Shown in pieces: positions 35,896-44,810 of a stretch of DNA of 64,000 nt (positions within the stretch are counted from its first letter, which is position 1; every line of letters begins with the position of its first letter). The stretch lies in the NCBI GenBank assembly GCA_963557075.1, contig CAUWDA010000007.1:2082-66081 (forward strand). Direction: 5' to 3'. This stretch comes from an uncultured Flavonifractor sp. (GTDB lineage: Bacteria; Bacillota; Clostridia; Oscillospirales; Oscillospiraceae). The notes under the pieces are model-generated. The model was not told the DNA's origin. It ran no database searches and saw nothing but the letters and a program-made list of their open reading frames with translations. The translations under genes and the position numbers were made by a program.

Positions 35896-37274
35896 CGCCA
35901 GAACTGGGACGGGCCCCGGGACACATAGCGGCCCAGACCCTCCCGGACCACCTTGCCGTCCTGTACCGCTACCTGACCGTCCAGCAGCACGGTGTCGGTA
36001 CGGCCCGCCATCTCCATGCCCTCATAGGGGGTGTAATCCACCCGCTGATACTGGGTCTCGGCGGTAATACGCCAGGTATAATCAGGGTCAAAGATCACGA
36101 TATCGGCGTCGCTGCCCACCGCCAGCGCCCCCTTCCGGGGGAACATACCGAAGAGCTGGGCGGGGTGCTGCGCCAGAGCCAGCATCATCTGGTGCGGGGT
36201 GATGCGGCCGGACTTCACGCCGCAGGTGTACATCAGAGGGGGCCGGTGCTCGGTACCGGGGATGCCGCCGGGGATGGCGGAGAAGTCGTCCCTGCCCAGC
36301 TCCTTGGTGGGGTGGAAGTTGAAGGAGCAGTGGTCGGTGCCGATGGTGTCGATCTCCCCGCCCTCCAGGGCCTCCCACAGGGCGTCCACATCGGACTGGG
36401 GCCGGGCGGGAGGGGCGCACACATATTTTGCGCTCTCAAAGCCGGGCAGGTGGTACTTGTCCTCGGTGAGGGTGAAGTACTGGGGGCAGGACTCCAGATA
36501 CACCTTCTGCCCCCGCTTGCGGGCGGCCCGGGCCGCCTCCAGACCCCGCCGGGTGGAGAGATGGACCACATTGACGGGACAGCCCGCCTGCTCGGCCAGG
36601 GCCAGCCAGCGGTCCACCGCCTCCGCCTCCATGACGGCGGTGTGAGCCAGAGGGTGGCTGGCGGGGGAGAGCCTGCCGGCGGCCTTCAGCTCGGCGATGG
36701 CGGCGTCAATAAGGTCGCCGTTCTCGCAGTGACAGCCTACCACGCCGCCCTCTTTGCCCACGGCCTTGATGACCTGATAGGCCACGGCGTCGGAGATGCG
36801 GATGTTGGCGTAGGCCAGATAGACCTTGTAGGAGGTGACTCCCTGGGCGGTCATCTGGGGGAGCTCCGCGATGATGCGGGGATCCCAGTCCTTGATGGTC
36901 ATGTGGAAGCCGTAGTGACAGCTGGCGTGGCCGTCGGCCCGGGCGTGCCACTCGTCCAGCGCGGACTGGAGGGAGGCCCCACGGACCGGCTCGGCAAAGT
37001 CCAGCACGCAGGTGGTGCCGCCGGCCAGAGCGGCCCGGGTGCCGCTCTCCCAGTTGTCGGCGGTCTCACGGATGGTACCCTTGTTCATCTCAAAATGGGT
37101 GTGGGTATCAATAAAGCCGGGAAAGACCAGCTTGCCCGCGGCGTCGATGACCTGACTGTCCCCTACGGGGAGGGCGGGGCCAATTTGAGCGATCTTGTCC
37201 CCCTCCACCCGCAGATCGGCCTTCACCGGACCGTCAGGGCAGATCAGGGTACCGTTTTGGATCAGGATAGACAT
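35892..37274 (-). CDS. hydA: Dihydropyrimidinase / cyclic amidohydrolase
   Basis: PGFIDTHTH, SYKVYLAY, HCENG, VHLS, ESCPQY, GTDHC. Confidence 0.85.
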   Translation of the reverse strand: MSILIQNGTLICPDGPVKADLRVEGDKIAQIGPALPVGDSQVIDAAGKLVFPGFIDTHTHFEMNKGTIRETADNWESGTRAALAGGTTCVLDFAEPVRGASLQSALDEWHARADGHASCHYGFHMTIKDWDPRIIAELPQMTAQGVTSYKVYLAYANIRISDAVAYQVIKAVGKEGGVVGCHCENGDLIDAAIAELKAAGRLSPASHPLAHTAVMEAEAVDRWLALAEQAGCPVNVVHLSTRRGLEAARAARKRGQKVYLESCPQYFTLTEDKYHLPGFESAKYVCAPPARPQSDVDALWEALEGGEIDTIGTDHCSFNFHPTKELGRDDFSAIPGGIPGTEHRPPLMYTCGVKSGRITPHQMMLALAQHPAQLFGMFPRKGALAVGSDADIVIFDPDYTWRITAETQYQRVDYTPYEGMEMAGRTDTVLLDGQVAVQDGKVVREGLGRYVSRGPSQFWR

Positions 37275-37299
37275 GATGAAAGCCTCCTCTGCGGAATGC

Positions 37300-37653
37300 T
37301 CAGGCGAACTGAATGCCCAGCTGGAACAGGATGTAGGGCACGGCCAGCTTGATGCCGCCGGTGGCCAGGGTCATGAAGGTGAGCAGAGCCAGGGCGCTGG
37401 AACGCTTCTCAAAGGTGTCCTGCCAGCGGTCCAGCATGCGGGTAAAGTTGGCGGTGCGGTTCTGGGCGCCGATCAGGTCGGCTATGCTTTTGATGCTGGT
37501 AAAGGCGGTGTAGCCCATCCAGACGGGCAGGGCGATGAGGGAGACGTTGGAGCGGTAGCCCCCGCTCAGCAGGAAATAGAGGGCCAGGCCGAAGCTGGCC
37601 ACAGTAAAGAGGAGATAGGCCCAGACGCCTACCTTGGCGGCGCGTTCATTCAT
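37300..37653 (-). CDS. Hypothetical membrane protein
   Basis: ORF with three hydrophobic segments. Confidence 0.7.
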   Translation of the reverse strand: MNERAAKVGVWAYLLFTVASFGLALYFLLSGGYRSNVSLIALPVWMGYTAFTSIKSIADLIGAQNRTANFTRMLDRWQDTFEKRSSALALLTFMTLATGGIKLAVPYILFQLGIQFA

Positions 37654-37819
37654 AGTGGCGGATTTCCTTTCTTTGTTGGTTTTCGGTGGGGCGGTCCGCC
37701 GGAGGGGACCGCCAGAGGCACTTACCATCATGATACCACAAGGCGGAAGGAAATCAAAGAGAATTCCGCAAAAACAGCGGCCCCGCCGGTGTGGCGGGGC
37801 CGCTGCATGATACTGCGGA

Positions 37820-39748
37820 TCAATCCAGGGACAGCTTCTGCATATCAGCCTGGGAGAGCAGTGCGTTGGGGTAGTCCTTGAGCACCTCCAGGGTGTGGAC
37901 GGCGCTCTTTTGCAGGGTGATGGTGAAGGAGTAGGTGTCCTCCTGGCTGCTGACTGTCAGCTCCGATCCGTTCTGGGTGGAGGGGACGGCGGGGCTGCTG
38001 TTGGAGGAGAGGGGCATCCGGTAGGTGAGCTCCAGATCGGCGTAGCAGCAGTTATCCATCCGCGCCCGGTCATCCAGCAGGTAGCGCCGGCCCAGATTGC
38101 CCTCGGCGATGTCGGTGCGGACGGCCTCCATCAGGGGCTCCAGCAGCTCGGGGGGCAGATAGAGGAAGTCATAGTCATCGCGTTCAGGGTCATAGAGGTT
38201 GACGATAGAGACGCTGACCAGCTGATCCTCCGCGCCCACATCACCGAAATAGTTGTCGTATACGATATCGGGCCGGTTGAACAGGGCGGAGAGCTTGCCG
38301 GAGAGGGAGGAGGGGTCCTTCAGCCCGTCGGCGGTGACAGGAATGTAATATCTCCGCTCCACCACAGAGCCGTCGGTGAGGGTGTAGGAGAAGGTCAGGG
38401 ACTCAGAGGACGACTCCTCCACGTCGATGCCGTCGGAGTCGGTGGTCCAGTGAGAGCCGGAGTCCTGTGCCTGCCACTCCTCCAGGGCCTCCTTCTGGGC
38501 CGTGATATCGGCATGGAGGTCCACCACCTGGGCGATCACCTCGGGATCGGTGGTGGACAGGGGGCGGTTCCCGCTGTCCCGGGGCGTGGTATCCACGCCG
38601 AAGATCTGGACGCACTGGACCCGATCAGCGGCAGGCACCGCCCGCTCGAAGCCCATCAGGTCCAGCTCCAGAGCGCTCATGCCGGCGCACAGGCACACCA
38701 GAAAGACCACGCAGCCCTTCCAGCTGGATTTAAAGACCCAGAACCGCTTGTTCAGCAGCATTTCCGCGATGAAGCACCCGACGGCGCCCCACAGCAGCAT
38801 CCACCCCAGCAGGACCCAGGGGCTCCGGGGGAGGAGGGAATAGAAGATGCTGTGGAAGAAGCTGCCCAGCGTGATGGCGGCGCACAGAGCAACTCCGTAG
38901 CGGAACACCGGGCGCATCCAGCTCACGGTGACCACATCCCCCGCCCGCTCCAGCTGGCGGCGGCGGTAGATGGCCAGGGCGGCGATGGCCAGGCCCAGGC
39001 CGATGAGGGCGTGAAGGGTCACCAGACCCAGACCGTGGAACTGATAGACGCTGGAAGTGGAGTGCTGTCCGCTGTGGGTACCTGTCATCAGGTGCAGGAA
39101 GGGGGAGAGCCAGGTGGCCAGCTCCTCGGCCCAGGCCGCGCCGGTGAAGCCGAAGAGGAACTCCCGGGCGATGAACTCCAGCAGGTAGATCAGGCCGGGG
39201 GCCAGGAAGCTGAGGATCAGATAGAAGGCGGGCAGGGCCAGGACGTGTCCGGTGAACATGGCGCAGAACACAGCAAAGGAGTAGAAGAACAGGCCCATCA
39301 GACTGGTGACCACCAGCCAGGTGAACAGGCTGCTGAACACCACCGCGCCGTTGAGAGCCTCCGCCGCCAGACCCAGCAGGAAGACGGCGAGATTGGGGAT
39401 GATGAGGAAGGCCAGGCCGGACAGGTAATTGGTGAGGAACAGGCCTTCCCGCCGCATGGGCAGGGCGTGGAGCATCCCCACCGAGCGGGCGGAGTACAGG
39501 TAGGAGAACACCGCCATGGCCGCCAGGATGCCAAAGAGGAAGCACAGGAGCAGGGCGGCGCTGTCGCCGCCGATGAGCCGCAGGGGAAGGGCACGGGCGT
39601 TGTCAGTGTCCCAGTACAGCCGCTGAGCCAGGATGCTCACCGGGATCAGCACCACCCAGATCAGGGTGTACAGTCCCCAGATGGGCCAGAAGCGGGCCAG
39701 ATTTTTCCCCAGCAGGGTCCTGTTAAAGTACGATGTCCCGGACCGCAT
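37820..39748 (-). CDS. ABC-2-type permease with large extracellular domain
   Basis: Multi-TM; HALPMRREGLF motif; start overlaps the ATPase end. Confidence 0.8.
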   Translation of the reverse strand: MRSGTSYFNRTLLGKNLARFWPIWGLYTLIWVVLIPVSILAQRLYWDTDNARALPLRLIGGDSAALLLCFLFGILAAMAVFSYLYSARSVGMLHALPMRREGLFLTNYLSGLAFLIIPNLAVFLLGLAAEALNGAVVFSSLFTWLVVTSLMGLFFYSFAVFCAMFTGHVLALPAFYLILSFLAPGLIYLLEFIAREFLFGFTGAAWAEELATWLSPFLHLMTGTHSGQHSTSSVYQFHGLGLVTLHALIGLGLAIAALAIYRRRQLERAGDVVTVSWMRPVFRYGVALCAAITLGSFFHSIFYSLLPRSPWVLLGWMLLWGAVGCFIAEMLLNKRFWVFKSSWKGCVVFLVCLCAGMSALELDLMGFERAVPAADRVQCVQIFGVDTTPRDSGNRPLSTTDPEVIAQVVDLHADITAQKEALEEWQAQDSGSHWTTDSDGIDVEESSSESLTFSYTLTDGSVVERRYYIPVTADGLKDPSSLSGKLSALFNRPDIVYDNYFGDVGAEDQLVSVSIVNLYDPERDDYDFLYLPPELLEPLMEAVRTDIAEGNLGRRYLLDDRARMDNCCYADLELTYRMPLSSNSSPAVPSTQNGSELTVSSQEDTYSFTITLQKSAVHTLEVLKDYPNALLSQADMQKLSLD

Positions 39749-40625
39749 AGTCCTCACCTCCCAGCTCATAAATAAAGATCTCCTCCAGGGTCAGGGGCAG
39801 GGCCTCCATCAGGATGGGGGCGTACACCGCCAGCCGGTTGGTCACATCGGTGGCGTTGCCCCGGATGATCAGGGTGTGGATGCGTCCCACCTGGGACACA
39901 TGGAGCACCTCCAGGTCGTCGGGCAGCTTGGGCAGCTCCCGCTCCTGAAAGACGATCTGCATCTTGACCACGTTCTCCTGCAGGTCGGACAGGGAGCGCT
40001 CGATGAGCACCTTACCGTGGGACAGAATTCCCACATGGTCGCACACGTCCTCCAGCTCCCGCAGGTTGTGGGAGGAGACCAGTACGGTGGTGCCGTGTTC
40101 GGCCACATCCCCCATCAGCAGGGACCATACCTGACGGCGCATCACCGGGTCCAGGCCGTCTACCGGCTCATCCAGCACCAGTACCTCGGGACGGCAGCAC
40201 AGGGCCAGCCAGAAGGCGGACTGCTTCTGCATGCCCTTGGACAGGCGGCGGATGGGCTGCTTCTCGTCCACAGTGGTAAAGATATCCTTCAGCGCCTCGT
40301 ACCGGGCCATGTCGAACCGGGGATAAAAGCCTCTGTAAAAGCGCATCATGTCCCGGGTGGAGGCGGACAGGAAGTAGTACAGCTCATCCGGGATGTCGGC
40401 GATACGGGCCTTGGCGGCGGGATTTTCATAGATGGGGTTGCCGTCCAGCAGGACCGAGCCGGAGTCCTGGCGGTACACGCCGGTGACGTGGCGCAGCAGG
40501 GTGGACTTGCCGGCACCGTTGGGGCCCACCAGGCCGTAAATGGAGCCCTGGGGCACTGTCATGGTCAGACCGTCCAGGGCCCTGAAGCCGTCAAAGGTCT
40601 TGACCACGTTTTTTGCTTCGATCAT
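39723..40625 (-). CDS. ABC ATP-binding protein (YtrB-like)
   Basis: GPNGAGKST, LSKGMQ, LDEP, SSH. Confidence 0.92.
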   Translation of the reverse strand: MIEAKNVVKTFDGFRALDGLTMTVPQGSIYGLVGPNGAGKSTLLRHVTGVYRQDSGSVLLDGNPIYENPAAKARIADIPDELYYFLSASTRDMMRFYRGFYPRFDMARYEALKDIFTTVDEKQPIRRLSKGMQKQSAFWLALCCRPEVLVLDEPVDGLDPVMRRQVWSLLMGDVAEHGTTVLVSSHNLRELEDVCDHVGILSHGKVLIERSLSDLQENVVKMQIVFQERELPKLPDDLEVLHVSQVGRIHTLIIRGNATDVTNRLAVYAPILMEALPLTLEEIFIYELGGEDYAVRDIVL

Positions 40626-41011
40626 GGTTTCCTCTCCTCTCTGGCCGCTTGACGGGCGGCGGCCTCCTCCAGGCGGCGGGCCAGTTCTGCCGCTGTCATA
40701 CCCAAAAACAGCAGTTCCGCCGCTGAGGAGTCGAACTCCTTCAGCAGACGCTCCCGCCGGTCGGCGTTGACGTCGGCCTGGGGGGCGGCAAACGAGCCCT
40801 TTCCCGTCACGGTGTACAGATACCCCTCGCGCTCCAGGGACTCATAGGCACGCTGGATGGTATTGGGGTTGATGGCCAGCGATGTGGCCAGCGCCCGCAC
40901 GGAGGGCAGTTTGTCCCCCGCCTGGAGCGCACCTGTCACCACCAGGTGCCGCAGCCCGTCCTTGACCTGTTCATAGATGGGGCGGGCATCCCGGTAATTG
41001 AGCTGGATCAT
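40622..41011 (-). CDS. GntR-family regulator, YtrA subfamily
   Basis: PIYEQV, LPSVRALA..LAINPNTIQRAY, GKGSF. Confidence 0.92.
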   Translation of the reverse strand: MIQLNYRDARPIYEQVKDGLRHLVVTGALQAGDKLPSVRALATSLAINPNTIQRAYESLEREGYLYTVTGKGSFAAPQADVNADRRERLLKEFDSSAAELLFLGMTAAELARRLEEAAARQAAREERKP

Positions 41012-41030
41012 CCCGGCATCTCCTTTCGAG

Positions 41031-41051
41031 TGTATGACATATCTTAATACA
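41031..41051. promoter_or_regulatory. Probable YtrA-type operator
   Basis: TGTATGA-N7-TAATACA imperfect palindrome just downstream of a TG-TATACT -10 box on the minus strand. Confidence 0.6.
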
Positions 41052-41124
41052 GTCAGTATACACGCGGAGAGGTGGGAAGTCCTTAAAAAAATATAACGAT
41101 TTTCTTCCGTATTTCGGCGGACGT

Positions 41125-41156
41125 AAAAAACGCCCCGCGGAAAACCGCGGGGCGTT
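41125..41156 (-). terminator. Intrinsic terminator of the thiolase/CoA-transferase operon
   Basis: aacgccccgcgg/ccgcggggcgtt with T tract on the minus strand. Confidence 0.75.
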
Positions 41157-41177
41157 GGTATATGGCGTTGAGCCGGA

Positions 41178-41837
41178 TCAGCACATGGGCTTGAGGTCGG
41201 CGGCGACGGTGAAGTCGGCCTCGGTAGCGGCCTTCACGTCATCCACGGTGAACTCGGGGTTGATCTCGGTCATGACCAGGCCGTCGGGGGTGACGTCCAT
41301 CACGCACATCTCGGTGATGATCTTGGTGACGCAGTGGACGGCGGTGTAGGGCAGGGTGCACTTCTTCAGGATCTTGGGCTTGCCCTTGGCAGTGTGCTCC
41401 ATGGCAACGATGACGTCTCTGGCGCCCACCAGCAGGTCCATGGCGCCGCCCATGCCGGGCATCTTCTTGCCGGGGATGATCCAGTTGGACAGAGAGCCCT
41501 CCTGGTCCACTTCCAGGCCGCCCAGGATGGTGGCGTTGACGTGGCCGCCGCGGATGAAGCCGAAGGAAGTGGCGGAGTCGATGTAGCAGCCGAAGGTATC
41601 AGCCTGGGCGGGGGAGCCGCCGGCGTTGACCTTATAGCGGGGATCGGCCTCTTCGGCGGTGGGGGTGGGGCCGGTGCCGATGATGCCGTTCTCGGACTGA
41701 AGGATCACGTGGACGCCCTCGGGCAGGTAAGCGGGGACCAGGGTGGGCAGACCGATGCCCAGGTTGACCACGTCGCCGTCCTTCAGCTCCTGAGCGACGC
41801 GCTTGGCAATAAAGCCTTTGATCTCAGACTTTTCCAT
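41178..41837 (-). CDS. atoA: 3-oxoacid CoA-transferase subunit B
   Basis: VNLGIGLPT, LQSENG, GMGGAMDL. Confidence 0.85.
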   Translation of the reverse strand: MEKSEIKGFIAKRVAQELKDGDVVNLGIGLPTLVPAYLPEGVHVILQSENGIIGTGPTPTAEEADPRYKVNAGGSPAQADTFGCYIDSATSFGFIRGGHVNATILGGLEVDQEGSLSNWIIPGKKMPGMGGAMDLLVGARDVIVAMEHTAKGKPKILKKCTLPYTAVHCVTKIITEMCVMDVTPDGLVMTEINPEFTVDDVKAATEADFTVAADLKPMC

Positions 41838-42529
41838 TACGCATTCCCTCCATCCACGATGTAATTGACAAAGGCGCCGGAGGTGACGACATTCTCGGGC
41901 TCGATGTCGCCCACCTCGACCAGGTGGTCGGCCTCGGCGATGACCACGTCGGCGGCGGTGGCCATGACGATGTTGAAGTTGCGGGTGGTGCCCTTGTACC
42001 ACACGTTGCCGAACTTGTCGACGGTGTGGCCGCCGATCAGAGCAAAGTCAGCGCGGATGGGCTTCATCAGCAGGTACTCCTTGCCGTCGATGGTCTGCTT
42101 GCCCAGGCAGAAGGGGGAATCCTCCACGATGGTGCCCACGCCGGTGGGGGTGAGCACGCCGCCCAGACCGGCGCCGCCGGCCCGGATCATCTCAGCCAGA
42201 GAGCCCTGGGGGATCAGATCCACGGTCAGGGTCTTGTCCACCATGTTCTGAGTGGCCACGTCGGGGGTCATGCCCACGTGGGTGGCGATGACGTGCTTGA
42301 CCTGGTGATTGTGGACCAGCTTGGCCACGCCGTAGAACTCCTCGCCCTGAGGACCGGTCGCCATGCCGCAGTCGTTGCCGATGATGGTGAGGTCCTTGGT
42401 GCCCTTGGCGGCCAGGGCCTCGATGATCTTATGGGCGCTGCCGCAGCCCAGGAAGCCGCCGTACATGATGGTAGCCCCATCGGGAATCATGTTGACAGCT
42501 TCCTCAACGGAAATTACTTTATTGCGCAC
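41837..42529 (-). CDS. atoD: 3-oxoacid CoA-transferase subunit A
   Basis: GGFLGCG, PQGSLAEMIRAGGAGLGGVLTPTGVGT, NFNIVMATAA. Confidence 0.85.
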   Translation of the reverse strand: MRNKVISVEEAVNMIPDGATIMYGGFLGCGSAHKIIEALAAKGTKDLTIIGNDCGMATGPQGEEFYGVAKLVHNHQVKHVIATHVGMTPDVATQNMVDKTLTVDLIPQGSLAEMIRAGGAGLGGVLTPTGVGTIVEDSPFCLGKQTIDGKEYLLMKPIRADFALIGGHTVDKFGNVWYKGTTRNFNIVMATAADVVIAEADHLVEVGDIEPENVVTSGAFVNYIVDGGNA

Positions 42530-42625
42530 GTTGTTACCCTCCTAAATCAAATTTGGGAACTTTGCAAATACCGGAACAGGGGCGGTTTCGCCCGCCCCTG
42601 TCCTGGTACCGCGCTCAAGACTATT

Positions 42626-43885
42626 TTAGCACTTTTCGAAGATGGTGGCAACACCCATGCCGCCGCCGATGCACAGAGTGGCCAGGCCCTTCTTGGCCTC
42701 GGGCCGCTTGGCCATCTCGTGGAGCAGGGTGACGATGATGCGGGCGCCGGAAGCGCCCACGGGGTGGCCGATGGAGATGGCGCCGCCGTTGACGTTGACC
42801 TTGTCCATGTCAAAGCCCAGCTCGCGGGCCACGGCGATGGACTGAGCGGCAAAGGCCTCGTTGGCCTCCACCAGGTCGATGTCCTCGATCTTCAGATCGG
42901 CCTTGGCCATAGCCTGGCGGGAGGCGGGCACGGGGCCCACGCCCATGATCTTGGGATCCACGCCGCCCTGGCCCCAGGAGACCAGCTTGGCCATGGGCTT
43001 CAGGCCATACTTCTCAACGGCCTCGCCGGAAGCCAGCAGGATGGCGGCGGCGCCGTCGTTGATGCCGGAGGCGTTGCCGGCGGTGACACGCTGAACGTGC
43101 TTGTGGGCGTCGGCCTCATGGACCTTGGTGACCTCAAAGGTGTGGACGATCTCGTCCTCCACGCCCTCGGGACCCACGGGGAAAGCGCCCTTCAGCTTGG
43201 CCAGGCCCTCAACAGTGGTGCCGGCGCGGGGGAACTCGTCCACCTTGAACTCCACCATTTCTTTCTTCTTCTTCACCATGACGGGAACGATCTCGTCGTT
43301 GAAGCGGCCGGAGGCGATGGCGGCCTCAGCCTTCTGCTGGGAGGAGGCGCCGAAGGCGTCCATCTCCTCGCGGGTGATGCCCCACACGTCGCAGATGTTC
43401 TCGGCGGTGGTGCCCATGTGATAGTTGTTATAAGCGTCCCACAGACCGTCGCGGATCATGGTGTCCACGACCTTCTTGTCGCCCATGCGGGCGCCCCAGC
43501 GCTCGTTGGGCAGCGCGAAGGGAGCGGCGGACATGTTCTCGGTGCCGCCGGCCACGATGATATCAGCATCGCCGGACAGGATGGCCCGGGCGCCCTCAAT
43601 AACGCTCTTCATGCCGGAGCCGCACACCATACCGACGGTGTAGGCGGGCACGGAGTAGGGCAGACCGGCCTTCACGCCCACCTGACGGGCGGGATTCTGG
43701 CCCTGGGCAGCGGTGAGGATGCAGCCGAACATCAGCTCATCCACCTGGTCGGGCTTCACGCCGGCACGGTTGAGGACTTCTTTGACCACAACGGCACCCA
43801 GGTCGGTGGCGGGGGTGTCCTTCAGGCTGCCGCCGAAGGAGCCGACAGCAGTACGGCAACAGTTGACTACGTAGACTTCTTTCAT
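42626..43885 (-). CDS. thlA: Acetyl-CoA acetyltransferase (thiolase)
   Basis: MVCGSG, VTAGNASGINDGAA, NEAFAAQ, GHPVGASG, CIGGG. Confidence 0.93.
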   Translation of the reverse strand: MKEVYVVNCCRTAVGSFGGSLKDTPATDLGAVVVKEVLNRAGVKPDQVDELMFGCILTAAQGQNPARQVGVKAGLPYSVPAYTVGMVCGSGMKSVIEGARAILSGDADIIVAGGTENMSAAPFALPNERWGARMGDKKVVDTMIRDGLWDAYNNYHMGTTAENICDVWGITREEMDAFGASSQQKAEAAIASGRFNDEIVPVMVKKKKEMVEFKVDEFPRAGTTVEGLAKLKGAFPVGPEGVEDEIVHTFEVTKVHEADAHKHVQRVTAGNASGINDGAAAILLASGEAVEKYGLKPMAKLVSWGQGGVDPKIMGVGPVPASRQAMAKADLKIEDIDLVEANEAFAAQSIAVARELGFDMDKVNVNGGAISIGHPVGASGARIIVTLLHEMAKRPEAKKGLATLCIGGGMGVATIFEKC

Positions 43886-44127
43886 TATGATTGACCTCCA
43901 AATAGTTTCTATTTCTCCCCTAATAAACCCTTCGTTTCATTATACATCCGGTATTTTCAAAAAGTCAACCATGGAAAGTGTGAAAGCGTGTCGAAAGGAA
44001 ACCGGGCAGTTTGTATTGAAAGACCAAAGGACACAGGATGGGGTTGCAGGCTGGCTCCAGTGGGGATATAATAAGAAGGTGAGCCATGAAACGAGCCGCC
44101 GAAGCGGGCGGCAAAGGAGGGCATGCT

Positions 44128-44619
44128 ATGCGGATTGAACGCTGGGAACGGTATCTGAGCTGTGTGGAGGAGCTGTTGGAGGCGCCCCAGGTACAGGCGA
44201 TGCGGGACATCGCCCACCACCCGGGAGTATCCTGCTTTGAGCACAGTCTGTTTGTCTCTTATGTGGCCTTCCGGCTGGCGACAGGCTGGCGGGGAGACGG
44301 GCGGGCGGCCGCACGGGCGGGGCTGCTCCACGATCTGTATCTCTACGACCCCAGGAGCCTGCCCTCCTACAAGCAGTGCTTTGCCCACCCCCGGGCGGCC
44401 GCACGCAATGCCCGGGACCTGTGCGGCGGGCTGAGCCGGGAGGAGGAGAACGGAATCCTGGCCCATATGTGGCCCCTGGCTCCCCGTGCGCCCCGGAGCC
44501 GGGTGGCGGCGGCGGTCTGCCTGGCCGACAAGCTGTGCGCCACGGCAGAGGTGCTGGGGATCTGGCGGCGGCTGCGCCTGTACCGGATGTCCCGTTCCCC
44601 GGTCCCGGCCTTCCGTTGA
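44128..44619 (+). CDS. HD-domain phosphohydrolase
   Basis: HH..SCFEHS, GLLHDLYLYD, HMWP, CLADK. Confidence 0.85.
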   Translation: MRIERWERYLSCVEELLEAPQVQAMRDIAHHPGVSCFEHSLFVSYVAFRLATGWRGDGRAAARAGLLHDLYLYDPRSLPSYKQCFAHPRAAARNARDLCGGLSREEENGILAHMWPLAPRAPRSRVAAAVCLADKLCATAEVLGIWRRLRLYRMSRSPVPAFR

Positions 44620-44810
44620 AATTCGGTAAAGAACCGGGAAGGAACGGCTGGGAAATTGTGCAAGGGTCCCAAGTCAGAAAAAATACGGGGGTTTTTTTGA
44701 AAATCCCGGTGCATTTTTTGCGCCTGTTTGCTATAATGAAGATGAATATCAGCAGAGTCCTGCCCGCCTGACGGGCAGGCAAATCCATTGTGTTTGAGGT
44801 GATCTCAGGT

